A stretch of 64,000 nucleotides of DNA from an uncultured Bacteroidales bacterium (GCA_900317715.1 ONHS01000005.1:16694-80693), one strand, 5' to 3'; positions 1-10,066 are shown, counted from the first letter of the stretch. The notes: generated by a model from the sequence alone, not told the origin. A program made the numbers and translations.

Positions 1-43
1 GCAAAAAAATTTCCTCAACCGAACAACGTAACATAATAATTTA

Positions 44-51
44 TACTTTTG
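44..51 (+). promoter_or_regulatory. Bacteroidota sigma-A -7 box (TACTTTTG)
   Basis: Matches TAnnTTTG about 30 nt upstream of the ATG at 80. Confidence 0.6.
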
Positions 52-79
52 CACCATAAAAATTCAAAAATCAAACATT

Positions 80-688
80 ATGAAAAAAAGCACTAAAATT
101 TGGTTAGTCATCACGGGCATCCTGCTTGTTGCCACCGGCGTGTTGTGTTTCGTGTATCCGCCTGAAACCCTCTTCACCATGGCGGTGCTCCTCGGATGTT
201 TCACCCTCGTCTCAGGTATTTCACGCTTCGTGTTTACCCTGCGCACACAAAAGTTCATGCCGAACAGCGGCACACGCATGCTCTCTTCCCTGCTGATGAT
301 CTTTATCGGTATCTTCTTCCTCTGCAACCCCATTACTCTGGCCTTGTCACTGCCGATCGTCTTCGCCATTTGGATTATGTTCGAAGGCATCATGCAGTTC
401 ATCCAAAGCTTTGACTACAAGAAATACGGCTTCCAATACTGGTGGGTTCTCATGCTCCTCGGTATCGCTGGCGCTGTGCTGGGCATCCTCGGTCTCTACC
501 ACCTCAACGCGTCCGGCATCACCCTCACCTGGCTGTTCGGTCTTGGCCTTATCCTCATCGGTCTCGGCTACATCTTCGCCGTCGTCGGTGTCAACAAGTT
601 TGAAAAGGCTGTGAAGGACAACATCAACGCTGTCAAGGACCAGTTCAACCAAGCAATGAACGCCAACAATCCTCAGGTCAACGAATAA
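80..688 (+). CDS. HdeD/DUF308 family membrane protein
   Basis: 202 aa with about 6 TM segments and repeated GILLxxxG...P motifs typical of HdeD/DUF308. Confidence 0.8.
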   Translation: MKKSTKIWLVITGILLVATGVLCFVYPPETLFTMAVLLGCFTLVSGISRFVFTLRTQKFMPNSGTRMLSSLLMIFIGIFFLCNPITLALSLPIVFAIWIMFEGIMQFIQSFDYKKYGFQYWWVLMLLGIAGAVLGILGLYHLNASGITLTWLFGLGLILIGLGYIFAVVGVNKFEKAVKDNINAVKDQFNQAMNANNPQVNE

Positions 689-716
689 GACCTGCCGGAT
701 TTGACAACAATCCCAT

Positions 717-750
717 GTAGGGCCGTCATATTTTGGCGGCCCTATTTTTT
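717..750 (+). terminator. Hairpin plus T-tract that starts with GTAG (REP-like)
   Basis: TAGGGCCGTCA-TATTT-TGGCGGCCCTA followed by TTTTTT, downstream of the HdeD-like gene. Confidence 0.65.
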
Positions 751-809
751 GCCCCTATTTATTCGCAACGTTTGGAGACGTCGATTCCTCCATTATTTTG
801 CCGTCTGCA

Positions 810-833
810 GGGCGAATGATTATTCGCCCCTAC
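810..833 (-). repeat. GTAG-type REP palindrome overlapping the DUF2851 stop codon
   Basis: Minus strand reads GTAG-GGGCGAAT-AATC-ATTCGCCC; the TAG is the stop at 830-832. Confidence 0.7.
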
Positions 834-2101
834 ATCCGCACAATTTTCTCCCCGATGCTGCATTCCAGACATCGTTTTCGCGCACAATACCGTTCCATCA
901 ATTCGAGTTGCGCCTGCGAATCATATGCACTCCTACACGGGAACGCACTGTCGGCAAAAACGCGAGTTTTCACATTATCCTCAAAACGCACCTCCTCCAA
1001 AAGCGACAAAGCGCCCTCCTGCATCGCATCATCCCCTGTAAATCGCGCATAACAAAACCTCAACGGAACCACCGTATTGATTATCAGCAAGTCAACGGTT
1101 GCGGTCCCTACCCCCGACGCATGCCCAACGGTCGCCTTCCCTAACTGATAATGGCATTCCCAATAGTCGTCCGGCACCACAGAAAGCCACTGCCGAATCT
1201 GTGGGTAAGGCGAGTACAACACCCTCTCCATTTGCGAATCCCCCGTCTCATACAACAGTTGCGCGAACTGCGCCAATCGCAACGACGGAAAATTCTGCGG
1301 GCGCAGTCGCAGCCAGTTCCATTGATGCGCCCCGATGGGTGTGAGCTGATACTTGTAGCGCAAATAGTCGTATTCGTAGCGCAACCGCTCTGCATACTCG
1401 TCGGATTCCTCCATATCCAACAACCCTGACTGCCCGAGAACAAGCGCATACACCTGTAACTGCGATGCCAGATGCGACCTCACAATCCGATACGGCAGAC
1501 TTCGCGCCAACAACTCAAACGCCGTGCCGTTCTTCTTGCACCCGAATCCAATCGCCATCACCCTGTATATCAGCTCATTCCAATCAGACTGGCAACTCAT
1601 CAGCGTATTTTGGAATCCGCTCTGACGACGCATCATCCTCTCTATCAGCACCTCCGACAGCTGATTTTGGATAATGATCGGATCCACATTTTGCGATTGA
1701 GACCGACAGAGCAACAAATCCGGCACTTTCATCAGCGACTCATAACGAACAAACAACTCCTTAGGAATACGTTCCTTGAGTTCCAACGTCGGAACCATTT
1801 CATTCTCATCCAGTTGGATTTCCATGTCGTGCTCATAGACCACATGCAAAATCACCGACTTGTATTTATCGTCCTCCTGATGTCTATGCCGCAACCAGTC
1901 GGAGCTACGGCAATGAATCTCGACGCTGCCGACCCAGCGCACGTCGTCTATCATCACTATCGCCTGCAGGAAATCAGGTCCCGCATCGTAGTTGTGATAC
2001 CCAGGGAACACCACATTCAATCGTTGTCCCCACGAGGTCTTCAAATCTCTAAAATCATAGTGGCGATGCTGCCACACATAGTGCAAGAATTCTTCTTTCA
2101 T
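830..2101 (-). CDS. DUF2851 family protein
   Basis: MKEEFLHYVWQ start; motifs GPDF, GSVEIH..SSDW..H.H, VILHVV and RLRPQNFP; start reassigned to the ATG at 2101. Confidence 0.9.
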   Translation of the reverse strand: MKEEFLHYVWQHRHYDFRDLKTSWGQRLNVVFPGYHNYDAGPDFLQAIVMIDDVRWVGSVEIHCRSSDWLRHRHQEDDKYKSVILHVVYEHDMEIQLDENEMVPTLELKERIPKELFVRYESLMKVPDLLLCRSQSQNVDPIIIQNQLSEVLIERMMRRQSGFQNTLMSCQSDWNELIYRVMAIGFGCKKNGTAFELLARSLPYRIVRSHLASQLQVYALVLGQSGLLDMEESDEYAERLRYEYDYLRYKYQLTPIGAHQWNWLRLRPQNFPSLRLAQFAQLLYETGDSQMERVLYSPYPQIRQWLSVVPDDYWECHYQLGKATVGHASGVGTATVDLLIINTVVPLRFCYARFTGDDAMQEGALSLLEEVRFEDNVKTRVFADSAFPCRSAYDSQAQLELMERYCARKRCLECSIGEKIVRM

Positions 2102-2354
2102 GGTCCACAAAAATTTTAATCGTTTCCATAAATCGTTTTTTCTTCTGCAAATATACAACACCAAAAGGCGTTTGTCAAGAGTTTTTCAAAAAAAAATTAT
2201 TTCTGAAAATCAACAAGATAGCTTCAAAATTTAACTATTCGAATTTGAATTGTAATTTTTTGGTGATGAATTTCGCAAAAAAGAAACCGTTCCTGACTTT
2301 TTGTGAAAGAAATTTGTGTATGTTTGCGACGTGAAAATTAAAAGACAAGGAACA

Positions 2355-2720
2355 ATGAAAACTGAAAAGCAACTACAAGGCACTTGCGGCGAGGAGCTTG
2401 CCGTAAAACTCTTACAACAAAAGGATTACAACATTTTAGAGCGCAACTGGCGTTGCGGCCACTTGGAGGTGGACATCATTGCGGAAAACGACGATTACCT
2501 GGTCATCGTGGAGGTGAAAACGCGCAAAACCGCAAGCTTGGGTGCTCCCGAAATGTTTGTGGACCTCAACAAACAAAAGCACCTCATCAGCGCAGCAAAA
2601 TACTACGCCAAATACAAGCATGTGACCAAGGAAATCCGTTTTGACATCATCTCAGTCATTAACAATCCACAAGGACAGGAGGTGCGGCACATCGAGGATG
2701 CCTTTAAACCCAGGTGGTAA
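2355..2720 (+). CDS. yraN: YraN family PD-(D/E)XK putative nuclease
   Basis: GEELA...Y.ILERNWR..HLEVDIIA...VEVKTR and RFDII motifs. Confidence 0.9.
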   Translation: MKTEKQLQGTCGEELAVKLLQQKDYNILERNWRCGHLEVDIIAENDDYLVIVEVKTRKTASLGAPEMFVDLNKQKHLISAAKYYAKYKHVTKEIRFDIISVINNPQGQEVRHIEDAFKPRW

Positions 2721-2722
2721 AA

Positions 2723-3057
2723 AAAGGAAAACCCGTAAGCCGGGTTCTGTTTTGTGTTGTCATTTATCTTGGACCTGCGTCGCCACAGGCCTCTATCAAC
2801 CTACCCTCCGGGTCGGACGAGCAGCCCTCAAGCCCCGGTTTATTTGGTCTTTCAACCCATAAGGTTTACCCCCGCCGGCATCACTGACGGCGGCGTGAGC
2901 TCTTACCTCACGTTTTCACCCTTACCCGCAAGCGGGCGGTATCCTTTCTGTGGCACTGTCTGTCACGCTCGCGCGCGCCTTCCCGTTAGGAAGTATGGTG
3001 CTCTGTGTTGCCCGGACTTTCCTCAGCCTCGCGGCCGCGACAACTCGGTTTTCCTTT
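2723..3057 (-). ncRNA. rnpB: RNase P RNA (bacterial class A)
   Basis: Minus strand has GAGGAAAGTCCGGGC near the 5' end and ACAGAACCCGGCTTAC near the 3' end; terminal P1 pairing AAAGGAAAACC/GGTTTTCCTTT. Confidence 0.95.
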
Positions 3058-3119
3058 AGCTGTTGGCTTTTGGCCATTAGCTGTTAGCTAAAAGCCAACA
3101 GCCAATAGCAAACGACCCA
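3056..3119. repeat. Palindromic heptamer array (TTAGCTG/TTGGCTT ... AAGCCAA/CAGCCAA)
   Basis: 7-bp periodic units followed by their reverse complements; fills the dnaN-rnpB spacer. Confidence 0.75.
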
Positions 3120-4247
3120 TTAGTAGTTCAGCATCACCGGCATGATCAACATCAGCACGTCCTCATTCACATCGTGTTGCACGGTGGGAGAGATGAGGGC
3201 GGCGCGTTGCGGTTTGGAGAAGGACATCTGGATGTTGTCGGCATCGATGTTCTCAATCATCTCACGCAAGAAACGAGAGTTGAAACCGATCTCCATCGGC
3301 TCGCCTTGATACTCACATTGGATGTTCTCAGCACCCTTGTAAGAGAAATCCATATCCTCAGCCGTCAAGTTCAAACCCGTCTCACCCAAAGAGAGACGCA
3401 CCTGGAAGGTGGATTGGCTGGAGTAGTTGCCCAAACGACGGATGGATTTCAAAAACTCGTCACGACCAATGGTCAAGATATTCGGATTCTCCTTCGGGAT
3501 AACAGCCTCATAGTTAGGATATTTACCTTCCTTCAAAGAGGAGTACAGCTCGAAAGTACCGAAAGCGAAACGGATATGGTGTGTATTTTCAGAATATTCA
3601 ACATGCACAGTATCAGCATTTCCCAAAATATTCTTGAGGTGGGCAATGGGCTTTTTGGGCAAGATGAAAGAGGAGAACTCCTCCGTCTTCACCTCCTCAT
3701 TGCGATAACGGACCAGTTTGTGCGCATCCGTAGCCACAAACGTGATGTTGTCAGCAGACAACTCGCAAAGCACGCCCATCATGTTGGGACGCAATTCGTC
3801 GTTACCCGTTGCGAAAATGGTCTTGCTGATGGCGCGTTGCAGCACAGAAGCGCGAATGTCGAAACTCTTGGGTTCCACGATCGGCTTCACCACCGGATAT
3901 TCATCGCTCGGGAAACAAGGTGCGCCATATTCACCGTTCGCCGAAGAGAACTTCAGGATGTTGTTCTCACTGTCGATGGCGAAAACCAACGGCATGTCCG
4001 GCATCAGTTTCAGCGTCTCAAGCAAAATTTTGGCAGGAACTGCCACCGAACCTTCACCCTCCACATTGTCCAATTCAATTACGGATGTCATCGTGGATTC
4101 GAGATCTGAAGCCGTGAGTTTCAACTGGTTACCTTCAATAGTCACTAAAAAATTGTCTAAGATGGGCATGGTGCTGTTCGTTCCCATCACGCCGCTGATG
4201 GCACTTAAATTGCGATACAAGAGGTCGCTTGATACGATGAATTTCAT
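3120..4247 (-). CDS. dnaN: DNA polymerase III subunit beta (sliding clamp)
   Basis: MKFIVSS start; motifs ATDAHKL, GKYPNY, IGFNSRFL and C-terminal LIMPV. Confidence 0.97.
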   Translation of the reverse strand: MKFIVSSDLLYRNLSAISGVMGTNSTMPILDNFLVTIEGNQLKLTASDLESTMTSVIELDNVEGEGSVAVPAKILLETLKLMPDMPLVFAIDSENNILKFSSANGEYGAPCFPSDEYPVVKPIVEPKSFDIRASVLQRAISKTIFATGNDELRPNMMGVLCELSADNITFVATDAHKLVRYRNEEVKTEEFSSFILPKKPIAHLKNILGNADTVHVEYSENTHHIRFAFGTFELYSSLKEGKYPNYEAVIPKENPNILTIGRDEFLKSIRRLGNYSSQSTFQVRLSLGETGLNLTAEDMDFSYKGAENIQCEYQGEPMEIGFNSRFLREMIENIDADNIQMSFSKPQRAALISPTVQHDVNEDVLMLIMPVMLNY

Positions 4248-4274
4248 ATTCTTTTTCTATTTTATTTCAAACGG

Positions 4275-4282
4275 CAAAGATA
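4275..4282 (-). promoter_or_regulatory. -7 box (TATCTTTG) for dnaN
   Basis: TAnnTTTG 28 nt upstream of the dnaN start. Confidence 0.65.
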
Positions 4283-4304
4283 CAAAAATATGGATATGAT
4301 ACGG

Positions 4305-4889
4305 TTAAGAATTTTCATTTCTCAACCGCACCATCTCCTCCAATTCCGCATACCACTCCTCACCATACTTGTCAATCAAGGGTTCTTTCAGGAACTGATA
4401 TACGGGCAGGTTCAGGCGGTTGCCGTTCTCCACGGCAGTTTTGCAGATGGACCAATGGTCGTAGTTCAAGGCTTCGTAATCCCCTACCATACTGACTCTT
4501 ATGGGATAAAGATAGCATGAGATAGGCTTGCGGAAGGGGATTTCGCCGTTGCGGAAGCACTTCTCAATGGCACACTTCGCCACGCCATCCTCGAAGAAAG
4601 CAAACGCACAAGCGTCATTGCTCTCCACCAAAGGCGTATCAAACGAGTCACCACCATTGAAAACGAAAGTGCCGCCGTTTTCTACCACGGCGACACCTTC
4701 TTCGGTCATATATTTTTGGTAATCAGGATAATATTCCTCTAATTCGGCTACTTCGTCGGGAGCCACGGGCGCACCGCTATCTCCCTCCACACAACAGATG
4801 CCCTTGCACTGTGCCAAATCACAGCAGAAGTTTTTGTCGATAAGCTCTTCCGAAACGAGGACATTCCCTACAATAAGCATCGTATCCAA
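4305..4889 (-). CDS. DUF3109 family Cys-rich protein
   Basis: FCCDL..CKGICCVEGD.GAP and KPISC.LYPIR motifs. Confidence 0.9.
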   Translation of the reverse strand: MDTMLIVGNVLVSEELIDKNFCCDLAQCKGICCVEGDSGAPVAPDEVAELEEYYPDYQKYMTEEGVAVVENGGTFVFNGGDSFDTPLVESNDACAFAFFEDGVAKCAIEKCFRNGEIPFRKPISCYLYPIRVSMVGDYEALNYDHWSICKTAVENGNRLNLPVYQFLKEPLIDKYGEEWYAELEEMVRLRNENS

Positions 4890-4892
4890 CTG

Positions 4893-6269
4893 TTAGCCAA
4901 GACGTTTGAACTGACAGGTGAAGTGGCGCATCAACTCAGCTTCCCAAGTAATTTCCAAACCGCGCTTGATTGTGTCACGACGGTCGTAAACGTTCTTCAG
5001 GGCAGCAGCAATCACGTCCATGTGGTTGTTCGTATAGACGCGGCGTGGGATGCACAGACGCACGAAGTCGTTGCCTCCGAAACGGTTCTCGCGGGTCACA
5101 GGGTCGCGGTCAGCCAACACGTAACCGATTTCGCAAGCACGAATACCGGCTTCGAGATAGAGCTCGCAGGTCAACGTCTGAGCTGGGAACTCTTCCTTCG
5201 GGATGTTGGTCAAAACCTTGTCGGCATCCACGAAAATAGCGTGACCGCCAGCAGGACGTTGGTAAGGAATACCATATTCGTCAAGTTTAGCAGCAAGGTA
5301 GTGAACTTGTTTGATACGGGTCTCCACCATATCGAACTCAATGTTCTCCTTCAAACCGACAGCCAAAGCGTCCATATCACGACCGTTCATACCACCGTAG
5401 GTCAAGAAACCTTCGAACGGGATGCAGAACAGTTTCGCACCTTCGTACCACTCTTTCTTGTTGGTAGCAATGAAACCGCCCATGTTGACGAGCGCGTCTT
5501 TCTTGGCACTCATCGTCATAGCGTCAGCGTAGGAATACATCTCGCGAGCGATTTCGCGGAGCGTCTTGTTCTCGTAACCTTTCTCACGGGTCTTGATAAA
5601 GTAGCAGTTCTCGATGAAACGAGCGCTGTCCACCACGACCGGCACGCCATATTTGTGACAGAGCTCGCAAGTCTCGCGGACATTCTGCATGCTGACCGGC
5701 TGACCACCGACGGTATTGTTGGTAACGGTAAGCACCATGAACGGCACATTGCCCTTATTCTCAACAAGCACCTTCTCTAATTTCTCCAAACTGACGTTAC
5801 CTTTGAAAGGCACTTCCAGCTGGGTATCGTAAGCTTCGGGAACCGTCACATCGATAGCGAAGGCCTTACGGCTTTCAATATGACCCTTAGTGGTGTCGAA
5901 ATGTGCGTTGCCAGGGATAACCATACCGGGTTTCACGAGATAGCTGAACAGCACGTTCTCAGCAGCACGACCTTGGTGAGTCGGGATCACAAACTCAAAA
6001 CCGGTCAACTCGGTAATGGTATCTTTCATGTGATAGAAAGAACGAGCACCGCCGTAGCTCTCATCGCCCATCATCATGGCACTCCACTGACGGTCGCTCA
6101 TGGCACCGGTGCCAGAGTCGGTCAGCAAGTCAATATAAACATAATCGCTCTTCAGCATGAAGATGTTCTGGTGGGCTTCTTCAAGCCATTTTTCTCTTTG
6201 TTCTCTTGTGGACTTCTTAATGGGCTCAACCATCTTGATTTTCCACGCTTCTGCAAATGGTAATTCCAT
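4893..6269 (-). CDS. tnaA: Tryptophanase (beta-eliminating lyase family; tyrosine phenol-lyase not excluded)
   Basis: IDLLTDSGT, HQGRAAE, MSAKKD (PLP lysine), TYGG and RLCIPRRVY motifs. Confidence 0.85.
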   Translation of the reverse strand: MELPFAEAWKIKMVEPIKKSTREQREKWLEEAHQNIFMLKSDYVYIDLLTDSGTGAMSDRQWSAMMMGDESYGGARSFYHMKDTITELTGFEFVIPTHQGRAAENVLFSYLVKPGMVIPGNAHFDTTKGHIESRKAFAIDVTVPEAYDTQLEVPFKGNVSLEKLEKVLVENKGNVPFMVLTVTNNTVGGQPVSMQNVRETCELCHKYGVPVVVDSARFIENCYFIKTREKGYENKTLREIAREMYSYADAMTMSAKKDALVNMGGFIATNKKEWYEGAKLFCIPFEGFLTYGGMNGRDMDALAVGLKENIEFDMVETRIKQVHYLAAKLDEYGIPYQRPAGGHAIFVDADKVLTNIPKEEFPAQTLTCELYLEAGIRACEIGYVLADRDPVTRENRFGGNDFVRLCIPRRVYTNNHMDVIAAALKNVYDRRDTIKRGLEITWEAELMRHFTCQFKRLG

Positions 6270-6330
6270 AGTATCTTTTATTTGATTAATATTATTAATT
6301 ATTTGTTATTATGTTGTTATTTTTTTCTTG

Positions 6331-6380
6331 TTGGTTGTTTGCCATTCTGCTGTTGGCATTGGCTAAAGGCCAACAGCTAA
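6331..6380. repeat. Heptamer array of the same family as 3056-3119
   Basis: TTGGTTG TTTGCCA..CTG TTGGCAT TGGCTAA AGGCCAA CAGCTAA; overlaps the stop codon at 6377. Confidence 0.6.
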
Positions 6381-6946
6381 AACGTTTCCGTCCTCTCCAG
6401 TTCGCCATCTTCGTTATAAAAACGCCATTCACCCACTTTCTCACCGTGATTATAAACGCCTGTGTATCTTACGTTTCCGTTAGAATAATAAACCGTATAG
6501 CGGCCATCTTCCTTGCCATCCACGTAGAAACCTTTGGTTTGCACAGTGCCGTCGGGATAATAGGCATACCATAATCCATCACGCTCATTGTCATGACGAT
6601 TCCCATCAATATATTTCTGATGGTTTTCATAAAAATGGGTCTCGTGCGCCACCTCGGAAGTGGGATTTCCCAGACTGTCAAGTGTGTAATAGACCATCAC
6701 TTTCGGATTCTCATCTTCATACTTGCTCATCACAGCGGGATAATAGAGAGAATCCACGAAATCAATGGGCGGGAAAATGTGCAGACTGTCCAAAAAGGCC
6801 TGCTCGTCTTCCACTAATTTAGTTTTCTTTGCGCTATTGGAACACGCCAGCCATGCCAACGCAGCGGCCAGGAGTCCAAACGACACGCACAAAAGCACGA
6901 TGTGAACCGTCCCGAAAGGTTTCGAAGAATTAACCTGCTCTGCCAT
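6377..6946 (-). CDS. MORN-variant repeat (YwqK-like) membrane-anchored protein
   Basis: N-terminal TM helix, then repeats such as G.W..YYPDG, G.Y..YYSNG and GEWRFYNEDG. Confidence 0.75.
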   Translation of the reverse strand: MAEQVNSSKPFGTVHIVLLCVSFGLLAAALAWLACSNSAKKTKLVEDEQAFLDSLHIFPPIDFVDSLYYPAVMSKYEDENPKVMVYYTLDSLGNPTSEVAHETHFYENHQKYIDGNRHDNERDGLWYAYYPDGTVQTKGFYVDGKEDGRYTVYYSNGNVRYTGVYNHGEKVGEWRFYNEDGELERTETF

Positions 6947-6954
6947 GACTCTTC

Positions 6955-7698
6955 TTATTTTTTCTTCTTGAAAGACTTGTTCAGTTCGTCCAACACTTCC
7001 ACAGTAATATCATGGGCAGGATCAGCATACAGCAATTGTCCGCCATTCTGATATGTGAAGATGTATGACGCGTTGTAGTTGGCATTCACACGTCTGGCAG
7101 CAGCATTCAATGAATCTGCCATCTGTTCCAAAGCAGCGGCATAGCGGGCTTGGAAATCTTCCAGAAAACTGCTGTAATCCTTCTGCAAGCGTGCACTTTC
7201 TTCTTGCAGGGACTGTTGCGCATATTGAGCCTGTTGAGGAGTCAAGGAGCCAGAACTGTAATTGCGCTCAAAGTTGGCCGCCTTGTTCTCCAACGCTTTC
7301 TGACGGTTTGCGAAAACCAATTCTTGCTTCTGCTGCTCAGCTTCCAACGTATCCTTCAAGATTTTAATCATCTCATAGTTTTCATTCACAGAGTCGATGT
7401 TGATGAAAACCACCTCGCCAGTGCCGACTTCCACAGGTTTTTGCACCACCGTGGCTTTTTTATTGCCACCTGCGAAATGAAGGATGAACAGCGCGATTAC
7501 CGCAGCTGCCAACACACCCTCGATAATCCAGTGCACCTTCGCGCAACCATTCTCACACGTAGGCTTAACTTCTTCTTTATTAGGGGTTTCTACCGGTTTA
7601 TTCTCTACAACAAACCCTTTTTCATCCACTACGGTTGTTTGATTCTCCACAACCTCTTCTTTGATTTCTTCGTTCTTCTCTTCGAAATTTTCTTCCAT
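6955..7698 (-). CDS. OmpH/Skp family periplasmic chaperone (membrane-anchored type)
   Basis: TM helix, VFINIDSV motif, coiled coil and C-terminal LYAD...DIT.EVL..LN. Confidence 0.85.
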   Translation of the reverse strand: MEENFEEKNEEIKEEVVENQTTVVDEKGFVVENKPVETPNKEEVKPTCENGCAKVHWIIEGVLAAAVIALFILHFAGGNKKATVVQKPVEVGTGEVVFINIDSVNENYEMIKILKDTLEAEQQKQELVFANRQKALENKAANFERNYSSGSLTPQQAQYAQQSLQEESARLQKDYSSFLEDFQARYAAALEQMADSLNAAARRVNANYNASYIFTYQNGGQLLYADPAHDITVEVLDELNKSFKKKK

Positions 7699-7735
7699 AT
7701 TTATTTTTATATTTCAATCAAATTTTTCCATTCTT

Positions 7736-7795
7736 CCTAGGGCTCGCTGCGTTCGCCCTAGGCTGATATAGGTCGGGCTTTCAGCCCTTTTTGGA
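7736..7795. repeat. 60-bp two-hairpin REP-like element, copy 1
   Basis: CCTAGGGC-loop-GCCCTAGG then GGGCTTTCAGCCC TTTTTGGA; near-identical copies at 37954 and 41144. Confidence 0.85.
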
Positions 7796-7796
7796 G

Positions 7797-7864
7797 TAAT
7801 TATGCATTATGCAACATAAATTATGCATTATGCATTATGAATTATGAATTATGAATTATGAATT
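7797..7864. repeat. Heptamer tandem array (ATTATGA/ATTATGC)n
   Basis: Abuts the recQ stop; reverse-complement arrays at 43627 and 59799. Confidence 0.9.
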
Positions 7865-10066
7865 CTAATTACCGACATCCGACAGATACTTGATACGCAT
7901 GATGCGGATTTCGTCCAACGTGTACTCATCCTCACCCAACACGCGCAGGGCTTCCTCGGCGGAATCGGTGTCTGCATTCGCGAAATAGTCGATGATGTCT
8001 TCTTGATGGTAAGGTTCGATCTCCTCGTCGATGTAGTAGGAGATGTCGATTTTCGCGCCGGATGCCACAATATGTTCGATTTCGGTGAGCAATTCGTCCA
8101 TGTCCAAACCCTTGGCAATGGCGATGTCCTCGAAACTGATCTTGTGGTCAATACCTTGAATGATAAAGAGTTTGTTGGCAGATTTTTTGGCCACCGTTTT
8201 CAGCACAAAGTCCTGCGGACGGTCAATCTCGTTCTCCTCGACGTACTGTTTGATAAGGTCAATGAAACGACGGCCGTACTTTTGTGCCTTGCCCGGTCCG
8301 ACACCCACCACGCGGGTCATCTCCTCCATCGTGATCGGGTATTGGATGCACATGTCCTCCAACGAGGGATCTTGGAAGATGATGAACGGCGGCAGGTTCT
8401 CCTCCTTGGAGATGGTCTTGCGAAGGTCTTTCAACAAGCTGAACAACACTGTGTCAAAAGCATCTTCCACATTGCCGGCCACTGCATCCACAGCATCATC
8501 GTCATCATCGTCCTCTTCGGTATGAGGTTTGATGGCCATAATCGGATAAGGGTTGGTCATGTATTTCTTACCTTTATCGGTAATTTTCAAAAGACCGTAA
8601 TTCTCTATGTCTTTGACTATTAGATTGTCGAAAATAGAGACGCGCACCACGTTGGACCAGAACTTCGCGTCATAATCCATACCCTCGCCGAACTGTTTCA
8701 GTTTTTCGTGGTGGAATTTCAAGATGGAGGTCGTCTTATTACCACAGATAATATCGACAATCTGATCCTCTTTGAACTGCTGTTTCACTGCCAATATCAC
8801 TTCCAAGAGCAGTTGGATTTGCTCAGAAGCATCCATTTTCGGTTTCGGATGGTTACAGTTGTCGCAATTATGGCAGTTTTCTTCCGTATAATTCTCGCCG
8901 AAGTAGTGCAGCAAATGCTTTCTGCGGCAGTTCGTGGATTCAGCGTATGAAGCCGTCTCCGCAAGCAGTTGTTTCACAATTTCCTGCTCAGAAACAGACT
9001 TTTTGGCTGAGAATTTCTCCAATTTATTAAGATCTTTCTGATCATAGAAAGCGATGCAGAGACCCTCACCGTCGTCACGACCGGCACGTCCCGTCTCCTG
9101 GTAGTAGCCCTCCAAACTCTTAGGCATGTCGTAGTGAATCACGAAACGAACATCGGGTTTGTCGATACCCATACCGAATGCGATGGTGGCCACGATAACA
9201 TCGGCTTTCTCCATCAGGAAATCGTCCTGGTTCTGCACGCGCGTCTTAGAGTCCAAACCGGCATGGTACGGCAACGCACGAATGCCATTTTCTTGCAACA
9301 GCACAGCCAACTCTTCCACTTTCTTACGGCTCAAACAATAGATGATACCTGACTTTCCAGGATGGTTTTTAATAAACTTAACCACCTCTTTGTCAACATC
9401 TTTCGTCTTCTCCCGAATTTCATAATAGAGGTTCGGACGGTTGAAGGAGGAGATGAAGACCTCGGCTTTGTCCATACCCAGGTTCTTCTGGATATCGCTC
9501 TGCACTTTCGGAGTTGCAGTAGCCGTAAGGGCGATCACCGGAACATCCTTGCCGATTTGTTGGATGATTTTGCGAATATTGCGGTACTCCGGACGGAAGT
9601 CGTGGCCCCATTCGGAAATACAGTGAGCCTCATCAATGGCATAAAACGAGATGTTGATATCTTGGAAGAAATTCACGTTTTCCTCCTTGGTGAGGGACTC
9701 CGGCGCCACATACAACAGCTTGGTCTTGCCGGAAATCAAATCCTTTTTGACCTCTCCAATCTCTGCCTTGTTGAGTGAAGAGTTGAGAAAATGGGCGATG
9801 CCGCGGTCGGTGCCAAAGGTGCGGATGGCATCCACTTGGTTCTTCATCAGCGCGATAAGCGGCGAAATCACGATGGCCGTGCCGTCGCTCATCAATGCCG
9901 GAAGTTGGTAACACATAGACTTACCGCCGCCGGTGGGCATGATCACAAAACAGTCCTTCCCCTTCAACAAGGTCTTGATAATCTTCAGTTGATCCCCTTT
10001 GAAAGTGTCGAATCCGAACACTGTTTTCAACGTCTGATAGATGGCTTTATCCGTAATTCTCTTCAT
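7865..10066 (-). CDS. recQ: ATP-dependent DNA helicase RecQ
   Basis: MPTGGGKS, DEAHCISEWGHDFRP, QETGRAGRD motifs; Zn/RQC and HRDC domains. Confidence 0.97.
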   Translation of the reverse strand: MKRITDKAIYQTLKTVFGFDTFKGDQLKIIKTLLKGKDCFVIMPTGGGKSMCYQLPALMSDGTAIVISPLIALMKNQVDAIRTFGTDRGIAHFLNSSLNKAEIGEVKKDLISGKTKLLYVAPESLTKEENVNFFQDINISFYAIDEAHCISEWGHDFRPEYRNIRKIIQQIGKDVPVIALTATATPKVQSDIQKNLGMDKAEVFISSFNRPNLYYEIREKTKDVDKEVVKFIKNHPGKSGIIYCLSRKKVEELAVLLQENGIRALPYHAGLDSKTRVQNQDDFLMEKADVIVATIAFGMGIDKPDVRFVIHYDMPKSLEGYYQETGRAGRDDGEGLCIAFYDQKDLNKLEKFSAKKSVSEQEIVKQLLAETASYAESTNCRRKHLLHYFGENYTEENCHNCDNCNHPKPKMDASEQIQLLLEVILAVKQQFKEDQIVDIICGNKTTSILKFHHEKLKQFGEGMDYDAKFWSNVVRVSIFDNLIVKDIENYGLLKITDKGKKYMTNPYPIMAIKPHTEEDDDDDDAVDAVAGNVEDAFDTVLFSLLKDLRKTISKEENLPPFIIFQDPSLEDMCIQYPITMEEMTRVVGVGPGKAQKYGRRFIDLIKQYVEENEIDRPQDFVLKTVAKKSANKLFIIQGIDHKISFEDIAIAKGLDMDELLTEIEHIVASGAKIDISYYIDEEIEPYHQEDIIDYFANADTDSAEEALRVLGEDEYTLDEIRIMRIKYLSDVGN

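Noticed and set aside
2754-3059. 101-aa plus-strand ORF
   Set aside because: It is the antisense of the RNase P RNA gene.
6309-6359. Trp-containing 16-codon ORF (MPTAEWQTTNKKKITT) upstream of tryptophanase, a possible TnaC-like leader
   Set aside because: It lacks the W-x3-D and terminal Pro pattern of TnaC and arises largely from the heptamer array, so it is likely chance.
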